In this document: one piece after another, positions 20,204-29,565 of the stretch | Layout: each line of letters opens with the position of its first letter | How positions within the stretch are numbered: position 1 is the first letter of the stretch | DNA from: Chloroflexota bacterium | GTDB taxonomy: Bacteria; Chloroflexota; Dehalococcoidia; Lucifugimonadales; UBA3495 | Assembly: GCA_027624135.1 (NCBI GenBank) | Contig: JAQBXL010000003.1 | Span: 1-61,596 of the forward strand | Direction: 5' to 3' | DNA length: 61,596 bases | Made by a program: the position numbers and the translations under genes | The notes under the pieces: generated by a model | Seen by the model: the letters and a program-made list of their open reading frames with translations, nothing else | Databases searched by the model: none | Told to the model about the DNA's origin: nothing

Positions 20204-21217
20204 CTAATTCGTCTGGTACACCTGGATCCGGTGGCGGAGGGTGTCGGCCACGTAAACCCGGCCCTGACCGTCCAGCTTCACCGCCGTGGGTCCCCAGAAA
20301 TAACTTTCCACTCCGGCGGATATCTCCCGGTCGCGGCGTGCTGGCGGGTCCAACTTCGGCTCAAGGTCCGCCTCGATCCTTAGCCGCCCTTCCTCTGGGT
20401 TGGCATCGAAGTAATCAGCGGCCCACTTGGAATCGATCGACTCCCCCCGCAGGGTTGCGAGAAGTCTCCCGTCGGGGCCAATTACTTTCACTCGCTCGTT
20501 GCCCCAATCGGCGACGTAGATGTTACCTTCAGAGTCTACTGTCAGACCGGCTGGCCGGTGGATAGCGTCGCCTTGGGGAAGACCGCCGAACTCTTCAATC
20601 AACCTGCCGGATGTGTCGTAACGCTGAATTCGGTCGTTACCCCAGTCGGAGATGTAAACGTCCCCTGAATCAGCCAGAGCCAATCCCCACGGCGCTTCAA
20701 ACTGGCCGGGCCCGCTGCCGCGCTGACCCCAGGCGGAGATGAGCTCGCCATCTTTGGTGAACTGCTGCACCCGGTGGTTGCCGCTGTCGGTCATCCACAG
20801 ATTGTCGTCGGCGTCGAAAGCCAGGCTGGAAGGATATTCAAGCTGCCCTTCGCCGCTACCCTTCTGACCCCATTTGCCCAGGTATTCGCCATCCTTGCTG
20901 AACATGCTGACGCGCTGCAATCCTTCATCGGCGACGTAGACCCGGTCTTGGCTGTCGATGGCGATGGAACTGGGCCACCAGAATTCTCCGTCGCCGGTGC
21001 CGCCAGTTCCGAATTCACCCAGGAATTCCTCATCCAATGTGCACATCGAAACCCGTTTGGAGGGCAGCCGGACGGGAGTTTCAGGGCCAGCCCGGTTCAA
21101 GACATAGAGAATGCCCTGGGAATTGATGGCTAGATCCACCGGGTTGGTGAACCCGCGGCCAGTGGCGGCGAGAAAGCCGATGGTGTGGCTATAGGTAAAG
21201 GATTTGGTGGTAGTCAT
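20204..21217 (-). CDS. NHL-repeat beta-propeller protein
   Basis: repeated P..iAiD..g.vYVaD.gN.RiQ.f units; start set at MTTTKS. Confidence 0.9.
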   Translation of the reverse strand: MTTTKSFTYSHTIGFLAATGRGFTNPVDLAINSQGILYVLNRAGPETPVRLPSKRVSMCTLDEEFLGEFGTGGTGDGEFWWPSSIAIDSQDRVYVADEGLQRVSMFSKDGEYLGKWGQKGSGEGQLEYPSSLAFDADDNLWMTDSGNHRVQQFTKDGELISAWGQRGSGPGQFEAPWGLALADSGDVYISDWGNDRIQRYDTSGRLIEEFGGLPQGDAIHRPAGLTVDSEGNIYVADWGNERVKVIGPDGRLLATLRGESIDSKWAADYFDANPEEGRLRIEADLEPKLDPPARRDREISAGVESYFWGPTAVKLDGQGRVYVADTLRHRIQVYQTN

Positions 21218-21262
21218 TGAAAGATTCCGGTCGCTTGGATTTAAGATACCGCCCCTGGCCAC

Positions 21263-21354
21263 TGTCATTCTGAGGCGGGAGCCGAAGAATCTATTCTTAC
21301 GGTGAGCACGAGTTCCAAGGGACAACCAGACCCTTCGCTTCACTCAGGGTGACA
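21263..21354. repeat. REP-like inverted-repeat element
   Basis: TGTCATTCTGAGGCGGGAGCCGAAGAATCT ... AGACCCTTCGCTTCACTCAGGGTGACA; arms are imperfect reverse complements. Confidence 0.7.
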
Positions 21355-21456
21355 TTTGGGCGCGGTCGGAAGGACTATAGGGTTGGTCTACTCGTCAAAT
21401 AAGTCAGTCACCGCAAACGAATAAACTTGCCGAAAATTCTGCCGCCAGCCATGGCC

Positions 21457-22860
21457 TCAGGCCATCTGGTATTCGCGGGTGGATAAGATCATCTGGAGTA
21501 GCTCCACGACGCGCTGCTCTGAGCAGGCCACGGCGTCCTCAGGGGTGAAGCTAACCTCGCCCCAGTTGGCGGCGAACTCCACAAGCCGGTCTCGGGTGCC
21601 CTCCGACACTTGAAGACTGCCGGCCAACATAAGACAGGCGTCCACCAGTTCAGTTGGCTGGTAGGTGTCTTGCCGGTCCTTGAGCCGCTGGATCATGGCC
21701 TGGACTCCCGGAAGTGTGGTATCTCCGATGACCAACGCCGCCGAGTTCACCCGTTCCACTAGCGTGCCGGTGTCCACCCACTCCGTGCCGGTGTGCCAGC
21801 CCTCCACCGTCGGAGGATTTAGTATCTCCTGGCCCATGAAATTGGCGTCGCTGGACAGGTTTGTGATGTCCCACTGCGGTGTCTGGTAGCTGCCCGCCAA
21901 CCGCGCCGTGCCCACAACCAATTCGGCCGGACTCTTGACCCTGGCATACCAGTTGTCTTCAGACTTGAAATAGTCGGACAGGAACAGCGCCCGCAGAATC
22001 GAGCGTATGTCGCCGCTGGAATTGCGGTATTCTTCCGCCAAGAAGCTGATGGCCTCTTCGTTGGGAGTATCGGACACAAAGTAGTTGTAAATCTTACCGG
22101 CGATGAACCAACTGGTGGCCGGACGCATGGCGATGATATCGATGATGTCTTCGCCGTTGAAGTTGCCGGTTCGGCCCAGGAAATCTTTCTCGGTCTCGTC
22201 GTGGTCTTCGGGCCGATATTGGAATTGCCAGTCGATCCGGCCAGCGGGCCAGATGGAATCCCGGGCGGCCCGGACGCTCATATAGTCCTGGTTGGCGATG
22301 GTCCAGCCGGTGAAGGCCCTGGCGCAGCTCTTGACGTCGTCTTCGGTGTAGGTCCCGATGCCCATGGAGAAGAGCTCCAGAAGTTCCCGCCCGTAGTTCT
22401 CGTTGGGGGCGTCCTTGTGATTGTCCTTGTTGTCCAACCAGAAGATCATCGCCGGGTCTTTGGAGAGTTCCATCAATATATTGTGGAAGGACCCCAGCCC
22501 GTGGCGCCGGAAGGTGTCGGTTTGGTTGAGCACACCCTTGGCGTGGTTCAATTTGCCGTAGGCGGTGGCGAAGAGCCCATGCCAGAACAGGGCGATCTTT
22601 TCCTCCAAGGGACGCTTGGAGTTGATCATCTTGTACATCCAATAAGACTGGGCGCTTTCGAAGTACATCACGCTATTCTGGTCGGTGTGGTAGCGGCGGA
22701 CCAGATCGTCGTTCCACTCGGGGACGTCTTCGGGGTGGAGCAGCTCGTCAACGGTGGCTTCGTACCCCTTGGCCTGATATTCTTCCAACTCTTGGAGGGT
22801 GGCGCCGAAGCCGCATCGCCGGAGCAGATGTGCCATTAGTCCGAGTTCTTTGTCTGCCAT
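21457..22860 (-). CDS. DUF1800 domain-containing protein
   Basis: AHLLRRCGFG, EKIALFWHGLFAT, DPAMIFWLD, NENYGRELLELFSMG, ARAFTGW, PPTVEGW. Confidence 0.92.
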   Translation of the reverse strand: MADKELGLMAHLLRRCGFGATLQELEEYQAKGYEATVDELLHPEDVPEWNDDLVRRYHTDQNSVMYFESAQSYWMYKMINSKRPLEEKIALFWHGLFATAYGKLNHAKGVLNQTDTFRRHGLGSFHNILMELSKDPAMIFWLDNKDNHKDAPNENYGRELLELFSMGIGTYTEDDVKSCARAFTGWTIANQDYMSVRAARDSIWPAGRIDWQFQYRPEDHDETEKDFLGRTGNFNGEDIIDIIAMRPATSWFIAGKIYNYFVSDTPNEEAISFLAEEYRNSSGDIRSILRALFLSDYFKSEDNWYARVKSPAELVVGTARLAGSYQTPQWDITNLSSDANFMGQEILNPPTVEGWHTGTEWVDTGTLVERVNSAALVIGDTTLPGVQAMIQRLKDRQDTYQPTELVDACLMLAGSLQVSEGTRDRLVEFAANWGEVSFTPEDAVACSEQRVVELLQMILSTREYQMA

Positions 22861-23474
22861 TCTTGGGTCTCCTGGAAACGGTCGTCTGCCCAGCAAAAAT
22901 CTGATGGAAAAACCGCCATACGACCGGTTAATTAGCGATGAGCAGTATCAATTTGGCGTAGTATAGCATCTCAAAAAACAGGCGAACCAGGCACCACCTT
23001 CAAAATGGCTTGAGATGTGAGAATCAGGTCTTAGGCGTAAGTTTGACCTGAATTTAAAAAAAGTATAATATTCCTCCTAATACTGATATGGATTACATCA
23101 ATTTCCCCTTGACAGGCCGTGATTCCTTAGGACTAACCTGCTACCTGGGTCAACTGGAGAGAGTGGGACATGTGTGGTGTGACGTTGCCCAACAGAAATC
23201 CAGCCGGTGGCCGATATATTCTGACCGCCGGCTTTCTTGTTTCAAGGGGAAGATCAAGGAGGTAGAAATACCAGACTAAAGGGCAACTGGCCATTGGCCG
23301 GATCCAGATGAAAAATTCTAGAACAGACCCGTCAGAACAAATACCTCTAGATAGTATCTATCATTTCCATGAGCACTATTCTCTCTGTTAAGCAGTATCT
23401 GACGAGATTCAAGGCGTATTTCCAGTGTATCTGTGGGGTATCAGCGTCGGGCGGGGTGCAACGTTCAATATTAA

Positions 23475-24329
23475 TTGGATAAGGGTTTGGGTGATACGAT
23501 GATGTCAACTGGTGTAAAGATTATCAGCGATGGAGTAATCAAGATGGACGGAGGGTCCATGTTTGGTCAGGTGCCCAAGGTTGCCTGGGAGGGCAGCGTG
23601 GTCACCGACCGCAAGAACCGGATGACTCTGGGCCTCAATTGTTTGTTACTGCAAGTCAGCGGACAGAACGTGCTTGTAGATACCGGTATAGGCGCCAAAG
23701 AAGGGGATACCGATAAGGAAACCCTTGGGCTGGTCCCTAGCCGCCTGTTAAAAGGCTTGAAGGGTGTGGGGCTCACCCCCAAGGATATCAGTGCGGTGAT
23801 TCTGTCTCATCTGCACTTTGACCATTCGGGCGGTTGCACGCGGCTGGACCGAGCCGGCAACCTGGTGCCCACCTTTCCCAAGGCGAAGTATTACGTCCAG
23901 GGCAAATGCTGGGACGAAGCATGCAACCCCAACGAGCGCTGTCATGGCGTACACCGCTCTGAGAACTTCTTGCCCATCGAGGAGCGGGGCCAACTGGAGC
24001 TGCTGGACGGAGATTCAGAGATCATGCCCGGCCTGAACGTGATGGTCACCGACGGTCATGCCCTGGGCCACCAGATGGTCATGTTCAACCACGGCGGCGA
24101 GCGGGTGGTGTTCCTTGGGGATCTCGTTCCAACGCCCCACCATCTCAACCTGGTCGCGATCTCTGCTTTTGACAGCTCCCCCGAGGTCACCTTGGAGGTC
24201 AAGCGTGACTTGCTGAACCAAGCCGAACGTCAGGGGTGGCTTTTGGTCTTCTCCCACGGCCACGAGGTCAAGGCGGGATACCTGGAGCGCCGCGGCGAGA
24301 TGGGCTATCTCAGGCCCGTCGATATTTAG
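23475..24329 (+). CDS. MBL-fold metallo-hydrolase (YtnP/lactonase-like)
   Basis: DGGSMFGQVPK, LVDTG, SHLHFDHSGG, GHALGHQ, GDL; alternative start 23499. Confidence 0.92.
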   Translation: MDKGLGDTMMSTGVKIISDGVIKMDGGSMFGQVPKVAWEGSVVTDRKNRMTLGLNCLLLQVSGQNVLVDTGIGAKEGDTDKETLGLVPSRLLKGLKGVGLTPKDISAVILSHLHFDHSGGCTRLDRAGNLVPTFPKAKYYVQGKCWDEACNPNERCHGVHRSENFLPIEERGQLELLDGDSEIMPGLNVMVTDGHALGHQMVMFNHGGERVVFLGDLVPTPHHLNLVAISAFDSSPEVTLEVKRDLLNQAERQGWLLVFSHGHEVKAGYLERRGEMGYLRPVDI

Positions 24330-24364
24330 ACCGAGCACCTAACTCGGGTAACCTAGTGAATCTG

Positions 24365-24402
24365 AGCGGCAACTGCTGGCAGCAGCAGTTGCCGCTTTCT
24401 TC
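24365..24402 (+). terminator. intrinsic terminator between convergent genes
   Basis: AGCGGCAACTGCTG-gcag-CAGCAGTTGCCGCT followed by TTCTT. Confidence 0.7.
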
Positions 24403-24468
24403 TCAAGCGGGATCTCTGAAGCCGAATCGGGGTAACTATCGGGTTGCTTCTGTTGCTTATTGGGGAAG

Positions 24469-25761
24469 TCAAACAACTTCGCCCGTGATCCAATCTCCAT
24501 CAATGTCGATCAGCCGCGTGCTGGTTATGGTGTTGCCCAGGTCTCTCTCGCTCTGCGCCCGGACCCGCAGGTAATTGTCGGTAAGCCCGGCCCAAAACCC
24601 GCTGGGGTCTTGGCGTTTGGCCGGCCCCCAAAGTACCGGTCTCGACTGGCCCAGCGCCGCTCGGCGGAACTCTCTGGCGGCCGTGGCCGACAGCTCCAGC
24701 ATCTCCCCCATTCGCTCCCGCTTCTTACCCTCAACTACCTGTCCGTTCAGATGCGCAGCCGAGGTTCCGGGTCTTATCGAGTAAGGAAAGACGTGCATGT
24801 CGCTGAAGCCAACAGACGCGGCGAAGCTGTAGCTCTCGGCAAACTCCCTAACGCCCTCACCCGGAAAGCCCACGATAACGTCGGTGGTTATTCCGGCGTC
24901 CGGAAGCCTCTCCCGCACCAACTCCACCGTCTCCGCGAACCGGGCCGTGTCGTAGCGCCGGCGCATCGAACGCAATATGGTGTTGCTGCCGCTCTGTAAC
25001 GGTACATGAAAGTGGGGACAGAGCCTGGAGTCCTGCCACAGGTCCAATAGATCCGGTGTGATCTCCTGGGCTTGGAGAGAAGACACCCTGAGCCGGTTGA
25101 TGGTTGTCTCTGCCAGTATCCGCGATATCAGGCCGCGCAGATCCGTTCCCGGCGAGTCGAACCCGTAAGTGCCCAGTTGGGTGCCGGTCAAGACCGCCTC
25201 CCGGCAACCGGTGCTTGCCCGGGAGGCGATCTCCGCGACGATCGACTCGGGTGGGATGCTCCTTTCCCGGCCCCTGACCTTGGGTACGATGCAGTAGGCG
25301 CAGACCTGGTCGCACCCCTCCTGAATCTTCACCATAGCCCTGCTTCTCAGCGCCACAGGCGCGGTTTCTACGGAGGAGCGTTCTTTGATCTTGAGCTTGG
25401 TAGCAACCGTGGAGACGAGTCGGTCTTTTTGACGGTTGTCTAGCACCAAGGACACGGCTTCCATGGATGAGAGGTCGTCCTTGGCCCGCTGGGCGTAGCA
25501 ACCGGTGGCGACCACCAGGGCATCCGGGTTGGCGCGGCGGGCGCGACGCAGGTATTGGCGGGCCTTGGAGTCGGAGGCCGCAGTCACAGTGCAGGAGTTC
25601 AGCACCATCACGTCGGCTAAAGAGGGTGACTTAACAACTGTGAAACCAGCCTCTTGAAACTGCCGGGCCAGCACCTGGCTATCGGCCTGGTTCAACTTGC
25701 AGCCGTGGGTGTGGATAACAACCGTCGGGCGGGCGGAGATTATTGAATCAGTTGCTGCCAA
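24469..25761 (-). CDS. mtaB: t6A37 methylthiotransferase
   Basis: THGCKLNQADS, NSCTVT, TGCYAQ, KIQEGCDQVCAYCIVP, HVFPYSIRPGT, TDNY. Confidence 0.93.
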   Translation of the reverse strand: MAATDSIISARPTVVIHTHGCKLNQADSQVLARQFQEAGFTVVKSPSLADVMVLNSCTVTAASDSKARQYLRRARRANPDALVVATGCYAQRAKDDLSSMEAVSLVLDNRQKDRLVSTVATKLKIKERSSVETAPVALRSRAMVKIQEGCDQVCAYCIVPKVRGRERSIPPESIVAEIASRASTGCREAVLTGTQLGTYGFDSPGTDLRGLISRILAETTINRLRVSSLQAQEITPDLLDLWQDSRLCPHFHVPLQSGSNTILRSMRRRYDTARFAETVELVRERLPDAGITTDVIVGFPGEGVREFAESYSFAASVGFSDMHVFPYSIRPGTSAAHLNGQVVEGKKRERMGEMLELSATAAREFRRAALGQSRPVLWGPAKRQDPSGFWAGLTDNYLRVRAQSERDLGNTITSTRLIDIDGDWITGEVV

Positions 25762-26293
25762 AGGGACCGCCGTCCATATCTTCCAGTTCGTCGAGTTCGT
25801 CCTCGGTGGGACCGGCGAGAAACTCGACGCCTCTGGTGTCCGTGTCGTCCAGTTCGTCGAATTCGCCCGCTACTAGTCTGGACAGGAAGTCTCCGCCGGG
25901 GGCCAGGTCCCAGAGCTTTTCCACGGCCCCGGTGACATCCTCAAGGGTGGCAACCAGATGGTCAGCCCTGATTCTGGACTCCCGAACCTGCTCTGCGGTT
26001 TCGCCGAAGGTAGCAAGTTTGGTGAAGGCCTCCCGTATCCGCCGGTCCCGGTTCTCGTTGCCCAGTTCTACGGCGTAGGCTTCAACATCTTTGGTTCCGT
26101 CCAACTCCCGGCCCCGGCCAAGGGCTACGCCCTTCACCGCCAGGGTTAGGCTGCCCCACAATAGTTCCTCGCAGCGCAGCCAGCGCCCAGCGCGTATCTC
26201 ATCCATGGCGTCTTGTAGCAGCCGCAGGCTCTGGCCACGGTAGCGCACCAGGCGGTCTTCATCTTTCTTCGTTAATGTTGGTCTGTCTGGCAT
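25748..26293 (-). CDS. hypothetical protein, PaREP1/HEPN-like helical fold with acidic tail
   Basis: LLQDAMDEIRAG..CEELLWGSLTLAVKGVA..G..L pattern resembles PaREP1; overlaps the mtaB start. Confidence 0.55.
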   Translation of the reverse strand: MPDRPTLTKKDEDRLVRYRGQSLRLLQDAMDEIRAGRWLRCEELLWGSLTLAVKGVALGRGRELDGTKDVEAYAVELGNENRDRRIREAFTKLATFGETAEQVRESRIRADHLVATLEDVTGAVEKLWDLAPGGDFLSRLVAGEFDELDDTDTRGVEFLAGPTEDELDELEDMDGGPFGSN

Positions 26294-26437
26294 AACTTTC
26301 GCTAAGATTTTACCACCACGGCGGCGGTGAGAACCGCAACGAATCGACTTCGGTTGCCAAATGTGGACGCCGATGGCAACATTAGTGACCGGCACAGCCC
26401 AACCTGAATCGCCGTCCTGTCCAGGAGATGAGACACC

Positions 26438-27646
26438 GTGACCCCAGACGCTTCAGTCCCCTTCCGTTTTGTCGGCTATCCCGTGCGGGTTCATGCCGGA
26501 CCGGATGCCCTCGGCAAGTTGGCCGAAGAGGTCGACCGTGTCAGGTCAAAACGGGTCTTGGTGGTCTGCGGGCAGTCGATCATAACCAGCACTGACCTGG
26601 TCGGTCGGGTGAAAGATGCGTTGGGAGAGCGGGTGGCAGGCGTTTTCAGCGGAGGCAAGACCGGCTCACCGGTGACCTCAGTGATTGAAGGAGTCGCCGC
26701 GGCACGGGAAGTTGACGCAGACGGGATCGTGGCCATCGGCGGAGGAAGCGCGGTGGTCACCGCCCGGGGCATCACCATCTTGCTGGCCGAGAACGGCACC
26801 GCCCAGGAGCTATGCACCCAGTACCCCGAAGGGAAACCGCCGGTCAGCCCCCGACTTTTGGCTCCCAAGATCCCCAACTTCATCGTCCTCACGACGGCTA
26901 CCACAGCGGTGACCCGCGCCGGAACCGCCCTGATCGACCCAGAGTCGGGCCACCGGTTGGAGTTGTTTGACCCTAAGACCCGGCCCGTCGCGGTGATCTG
27001 GGACGACCAAGCGCTGCTGACGGCCTCGCCCTGGCTTTGTCTGAACGCCACCGCGTCCTGCTTCACCGGAGTGGCGGCGGCCTTGCAGGGCAATGGATTG
27101 AACCCCATGGCAGAAAGCGATCTGTTCGAGGCCCTGCGGCTGCTAAAAGATAACCTGCCCCTGGTCAACTCTCGACCGGATGACCCTACGGTGCGCACCA
27201 ATCTATGCGCTGCGGCGTTCCTCTACAACCGAGCCACCGATGCCGGGGCCGGAGGCAGCGCCCTGGGAGTGGTCACCGCCCTGGCCCACTCGCTGGACAC
27301 CCGTTACCCGGAGTGCGGCCACGGTGATGCCTATTCCATACTGACCGCCCCTGGGATGCGCTTTAACCTGGAGGCGAATGCCGCTGGGCAAGCACGCTTC
27401 GCCGCGGCCATGGGGGTTAAGAAAGATGGTATGGATGACCGCCAAGCCGCCGCTGCCGCCGCCGATGCCATAGAGGCATTGTTCACTGGCTTGGATCTTC
27501 CGGTCAGGTTGAGTCAGGTGGGCGTTCAGGAAGACGGCATCGATGTCATAGCTGAGGACGCCATGACCGATTTCGGGCTCCACCGCAACGTCCGCAAGAT
27601 TCAGAGCGTGGACGAACTCAGAGGCATATTGGCGACGGTGAGATAG
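26438..27646 (+). CDS. iron-containing alcohol dehydrogenase family protein
   Basis: VAIGGGS, LAHSL, GHG, LPVRLSQVGV; fold-typical N-terminus. Confidence 0.85.
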   Translation: MTPDASVPFRFVGYPVRVHAGPDALGKLAEEVDRVRSKRVLVVCGQSIITSTDLVGRVKDALGERVAGVFSGGKTGSPVTSVIEGVAAAREVDADGIVAIGGGSAVVTARGITILLAENGTAQELCTQYPEGKPPVSPRLLAPKIPNFIVLTTATTAVTRAGTALIDPESGHRLELFDPKTRPVAVIWDDQALLTASPWLCLNATASCFTGVAAALQGNGLNPMAESDLFEALRLLKDNLPLVNSRPDDPTVRTNLCAAAFLYNRATDAGAGGSALGVVTALAHSLDTRYPECGHGDAYSILTAPGMRFNLEANAAGQARFAAAMGVKKDGMDDRQAAAAAADAIEALFTGLDLPVRLSQVGVQEDGIDVIAEDAMTDFGLHRNVRKIQSVDELRGILATVR

Positions 27647-27753
27647 GCGGTGATGAATGGGTGAATTTCGGCATATTCCGGCCAGTATATAATGGGCCGT
27701 TGCAAAACCAAAGGTTGAGCCTGAGAGCAATCGGCCCGGGCGCTTCAGATACG

Positions 27754-27808
27754 ACGTACTAAGAACGTACTAAGAACGCACCAAGAACGCACTAAGAACG
27801 CACTAGGG
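27754..27808 (+). repeat. 11-bp tandem repeat x5 (ACGYACYAAGA) ending in the RBS
   Basis: acgtactaaga acgtactaaga acgcaccaaga acgcactaaga acgcactaggg. Confidence 0.9.
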
Positions 27809-27815
27809 AGGAAGT

Positions 27816-29366
27816 ATGAAATACGACTACATCATTGTGGGGGCTGGCTCGGCGGGTTCTGTAATGGCCACCAGGATCTCCGAAGACCCAAGCAAGACGG
27901 TGCTGCTATTGGAAGCGGGCCCTGATTATCCAGACTACGAGCATCTGCCCGAAGACCTCAAGAAGGGCTACAATGTCTGGCGGTCGGCCTATGGACCCCA
28001 TAGCTGGGACTACCGCGCCACCGCGACTCCGCTGCAGCCAGAACCGATGATCATCCCCAGGGGCAAGGCCACCGGCGGCTCCAGTGCGATCAACGGCCAG
28101 GTCGTGTTCCGAGGCCTGCCTGAAGACTACGACCAATGGGCCGAGTGGGGCAACGACGAGTGGGCCTACACCAAGATCCTGCCCTACTTCCGCAAGATGG
28201 AGAACGACTGGGACTTTCCCGGAGACGACTTCCATGGCAATGAGGGTCCTCTTCCCGTACGACGCTTCAAGCGCGAGGACTGGATACCCGTAGCCGAAGC
28301 GTTCTATCAAGCCTGTTTGGGCGTGGGCTTTCCTGAAGACGCTGACCAAAACAACCCTGACTCCACCGGCGTGGCGGCTCGTCCTCTGAACAACATCGAT
28401 GGCGTACGCATGAGCACCGCCCTGACCTATCTGAACCTGGCTCGGCATCGTCTCAACATCACTGTCCGGGGCGGAGTCGCCATCCGGCGCATCCTGTTCG
28501 AGGGCAAACGCGCGGTTGGCGTTGAGGCGGAAAGCGGCGGTGAGGTTTTCAATGTCGAAGGCAACGAGATAATCGTCTCCGGAGGGGCCATCGGCTCTCC
28601 CCAGGCTCTGCTGCTGTCGGGCGTGGGTCCGGCCAAGGAACTGGAGCGATTGGGAATCAACCTGGTGCATGACCTGCCCGGCGTGGGCAAGAACTTGCGC
28701 GACCATCCCGCGGCCTACATGTTGTTCAAGGGAAAAGGCGAACCACCTGACATCGACACTCCCAGCCTCCAAGTGGGACTGAGATTCAGCCTCCCTGGCT
28801 CGCCGACGCGGGGCGATTTTCAGATGACCCCCACGCTGATGAGCAGCGAACACCGCCCGGCCAGCGTGACCTACGAAGGCGACACGTTCCACTTTGGACT
28901 GAGCGTTGGTTTGCAGAATGCCGTCTCGTCTGGAGAGCTTTGCCTCAACTCCACCGATCCCCACGAGCAACCCTACCTGAACTATGACCTTTTCTCCTCC
29001 GACTACGACCGTGAGCGGATGCGCGGAGCATTGCGCAAAGCCGCAGAAGTGGCGAAGCATCCTATCTTTGCGGTCCACGTGGTCGAGCAGTTAAATCCGA
29101 CCAAGGAAGAACTGGCCGACGATGCCGCCTTGGATAGGTGGATCATGACCAACTGCTACACCCAGCACCATGTATCTGGCACCTGCAAGATGGGGCCGGC
29201 CTCCGACTCGATGGCCGTGGTCGACCAATACGCCCGCGTTCACGGACTGCAGGGGTTGCGGGTGGTTGACGCCTCGGTCATGCCCGACGTGATCCGGGCC
29301 AACACCAACGCCACCACCATCATGATTGCCGAGCGGGTCGCCGACTGGATCAAAGAAGGCCGCTAA
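27816..29366 (+). CDS. GMC-family oxidoreductase (choline dehydrogenase-like)
   Basis: YDYIIVGAGSAG, GGSSAING, SPQALLLSGVG, VGKNLRDH, HVSGTCKMG, VDASVMP, NTNATTIMIAE. Confidence 0.93.
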   Translation: MKYDYIIVGAGSAGSVMATRISEDPSKTVLLLEAGPDYPDYEHLPEDLKKGYNVWRSAYGPHSWDYRATATPLQPEPMIIPRGKATGGSSAINGQVVFRGLPEDYDQWAEWGNDEWAYTKILPYFRKMENDWDFPGDDFHGNEGPLPVRRFKREDWIPVAEAFYQACLGVGFPEDADQNNPDSTGVAARPLNNIDGVRMSTALTYLNLARHRLNITVRGGVAIRRILFEGKRAVGVEAESGGEVFNVEGNEIIVSGGAIGSPQALLLSGVGPAKELERLGINLVHDLPGVGKNLRDHPAAYMLFKGKGEPPDIDTPSLQVGLRFSLPGSPTRGDFQMTPTLMSSEHRPASVTYEGDTFHFGLSVGLQNAVSSGELCLNSTDPHEQPYLNYDLFSSDYDRERMRGALRKAAEVAKHPIFAVHVVEQLNPTKEELADDAALDRWIMTNCYTQHHVSGTCKMGPASDSMAVVDQYARVHGLQGLRVVDASVMPDVIRANTNATTIMIAERVADWIKEGR

Positions 29367-29400
29367 GCGGCGTTTCCTGCACCGCTGACAAAGGGCACAT

Positions 29401-29433
29401 AAGTAGGGGCGCGGAATTCCCGCGCCCCTACTT
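29401..29433. terminator. perfect GC-rich hairpin (bidirectional terminator or GTAG-type REP)
   Basis: AAGTAGGGGCGCGG-aattc-CCGCGCCCCTACTT between convergent genes. Confidence 0.7.
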
Positions 29434-29464
29434 ATGTGGAAGAGCGATAACTTTGAAATAACGC

Positions 29465-29488
29465 GTCATTCCGGCGGAAGCCGGAATC
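29465..29488. repeat. REP-like palindrome, single arm
   Basis: GTCATTCCGGCGGAAGCCGGAATC. Confidence 0.55.
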
Positions 29489-29565
29489 GAGAAGCCTCGG
29501 CATCAAGCCATGTTCGCCATACTTCAGGAAATTAATTGAGGGCTTGTGGCCTGCTAGCCTCGCTA

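Noticed and set aside
21218-21343. N-terminal extension of the NHL ORF
   Set aside because: It is translated REP-like sequence (FFGSRLRMT).
23088-23279. 63-aa ORF in the intergenic gap
   Set aside because: No RBS or recognisable motif; overlaps the predicted RNA structure.
27906-29078. Long antisense ORFs (also 33624-34793, 16450-17394, 10190-10960, 50278-51084)
   Set aside because: Shadows of well-supported genes, as expected from high-GC codon bias.
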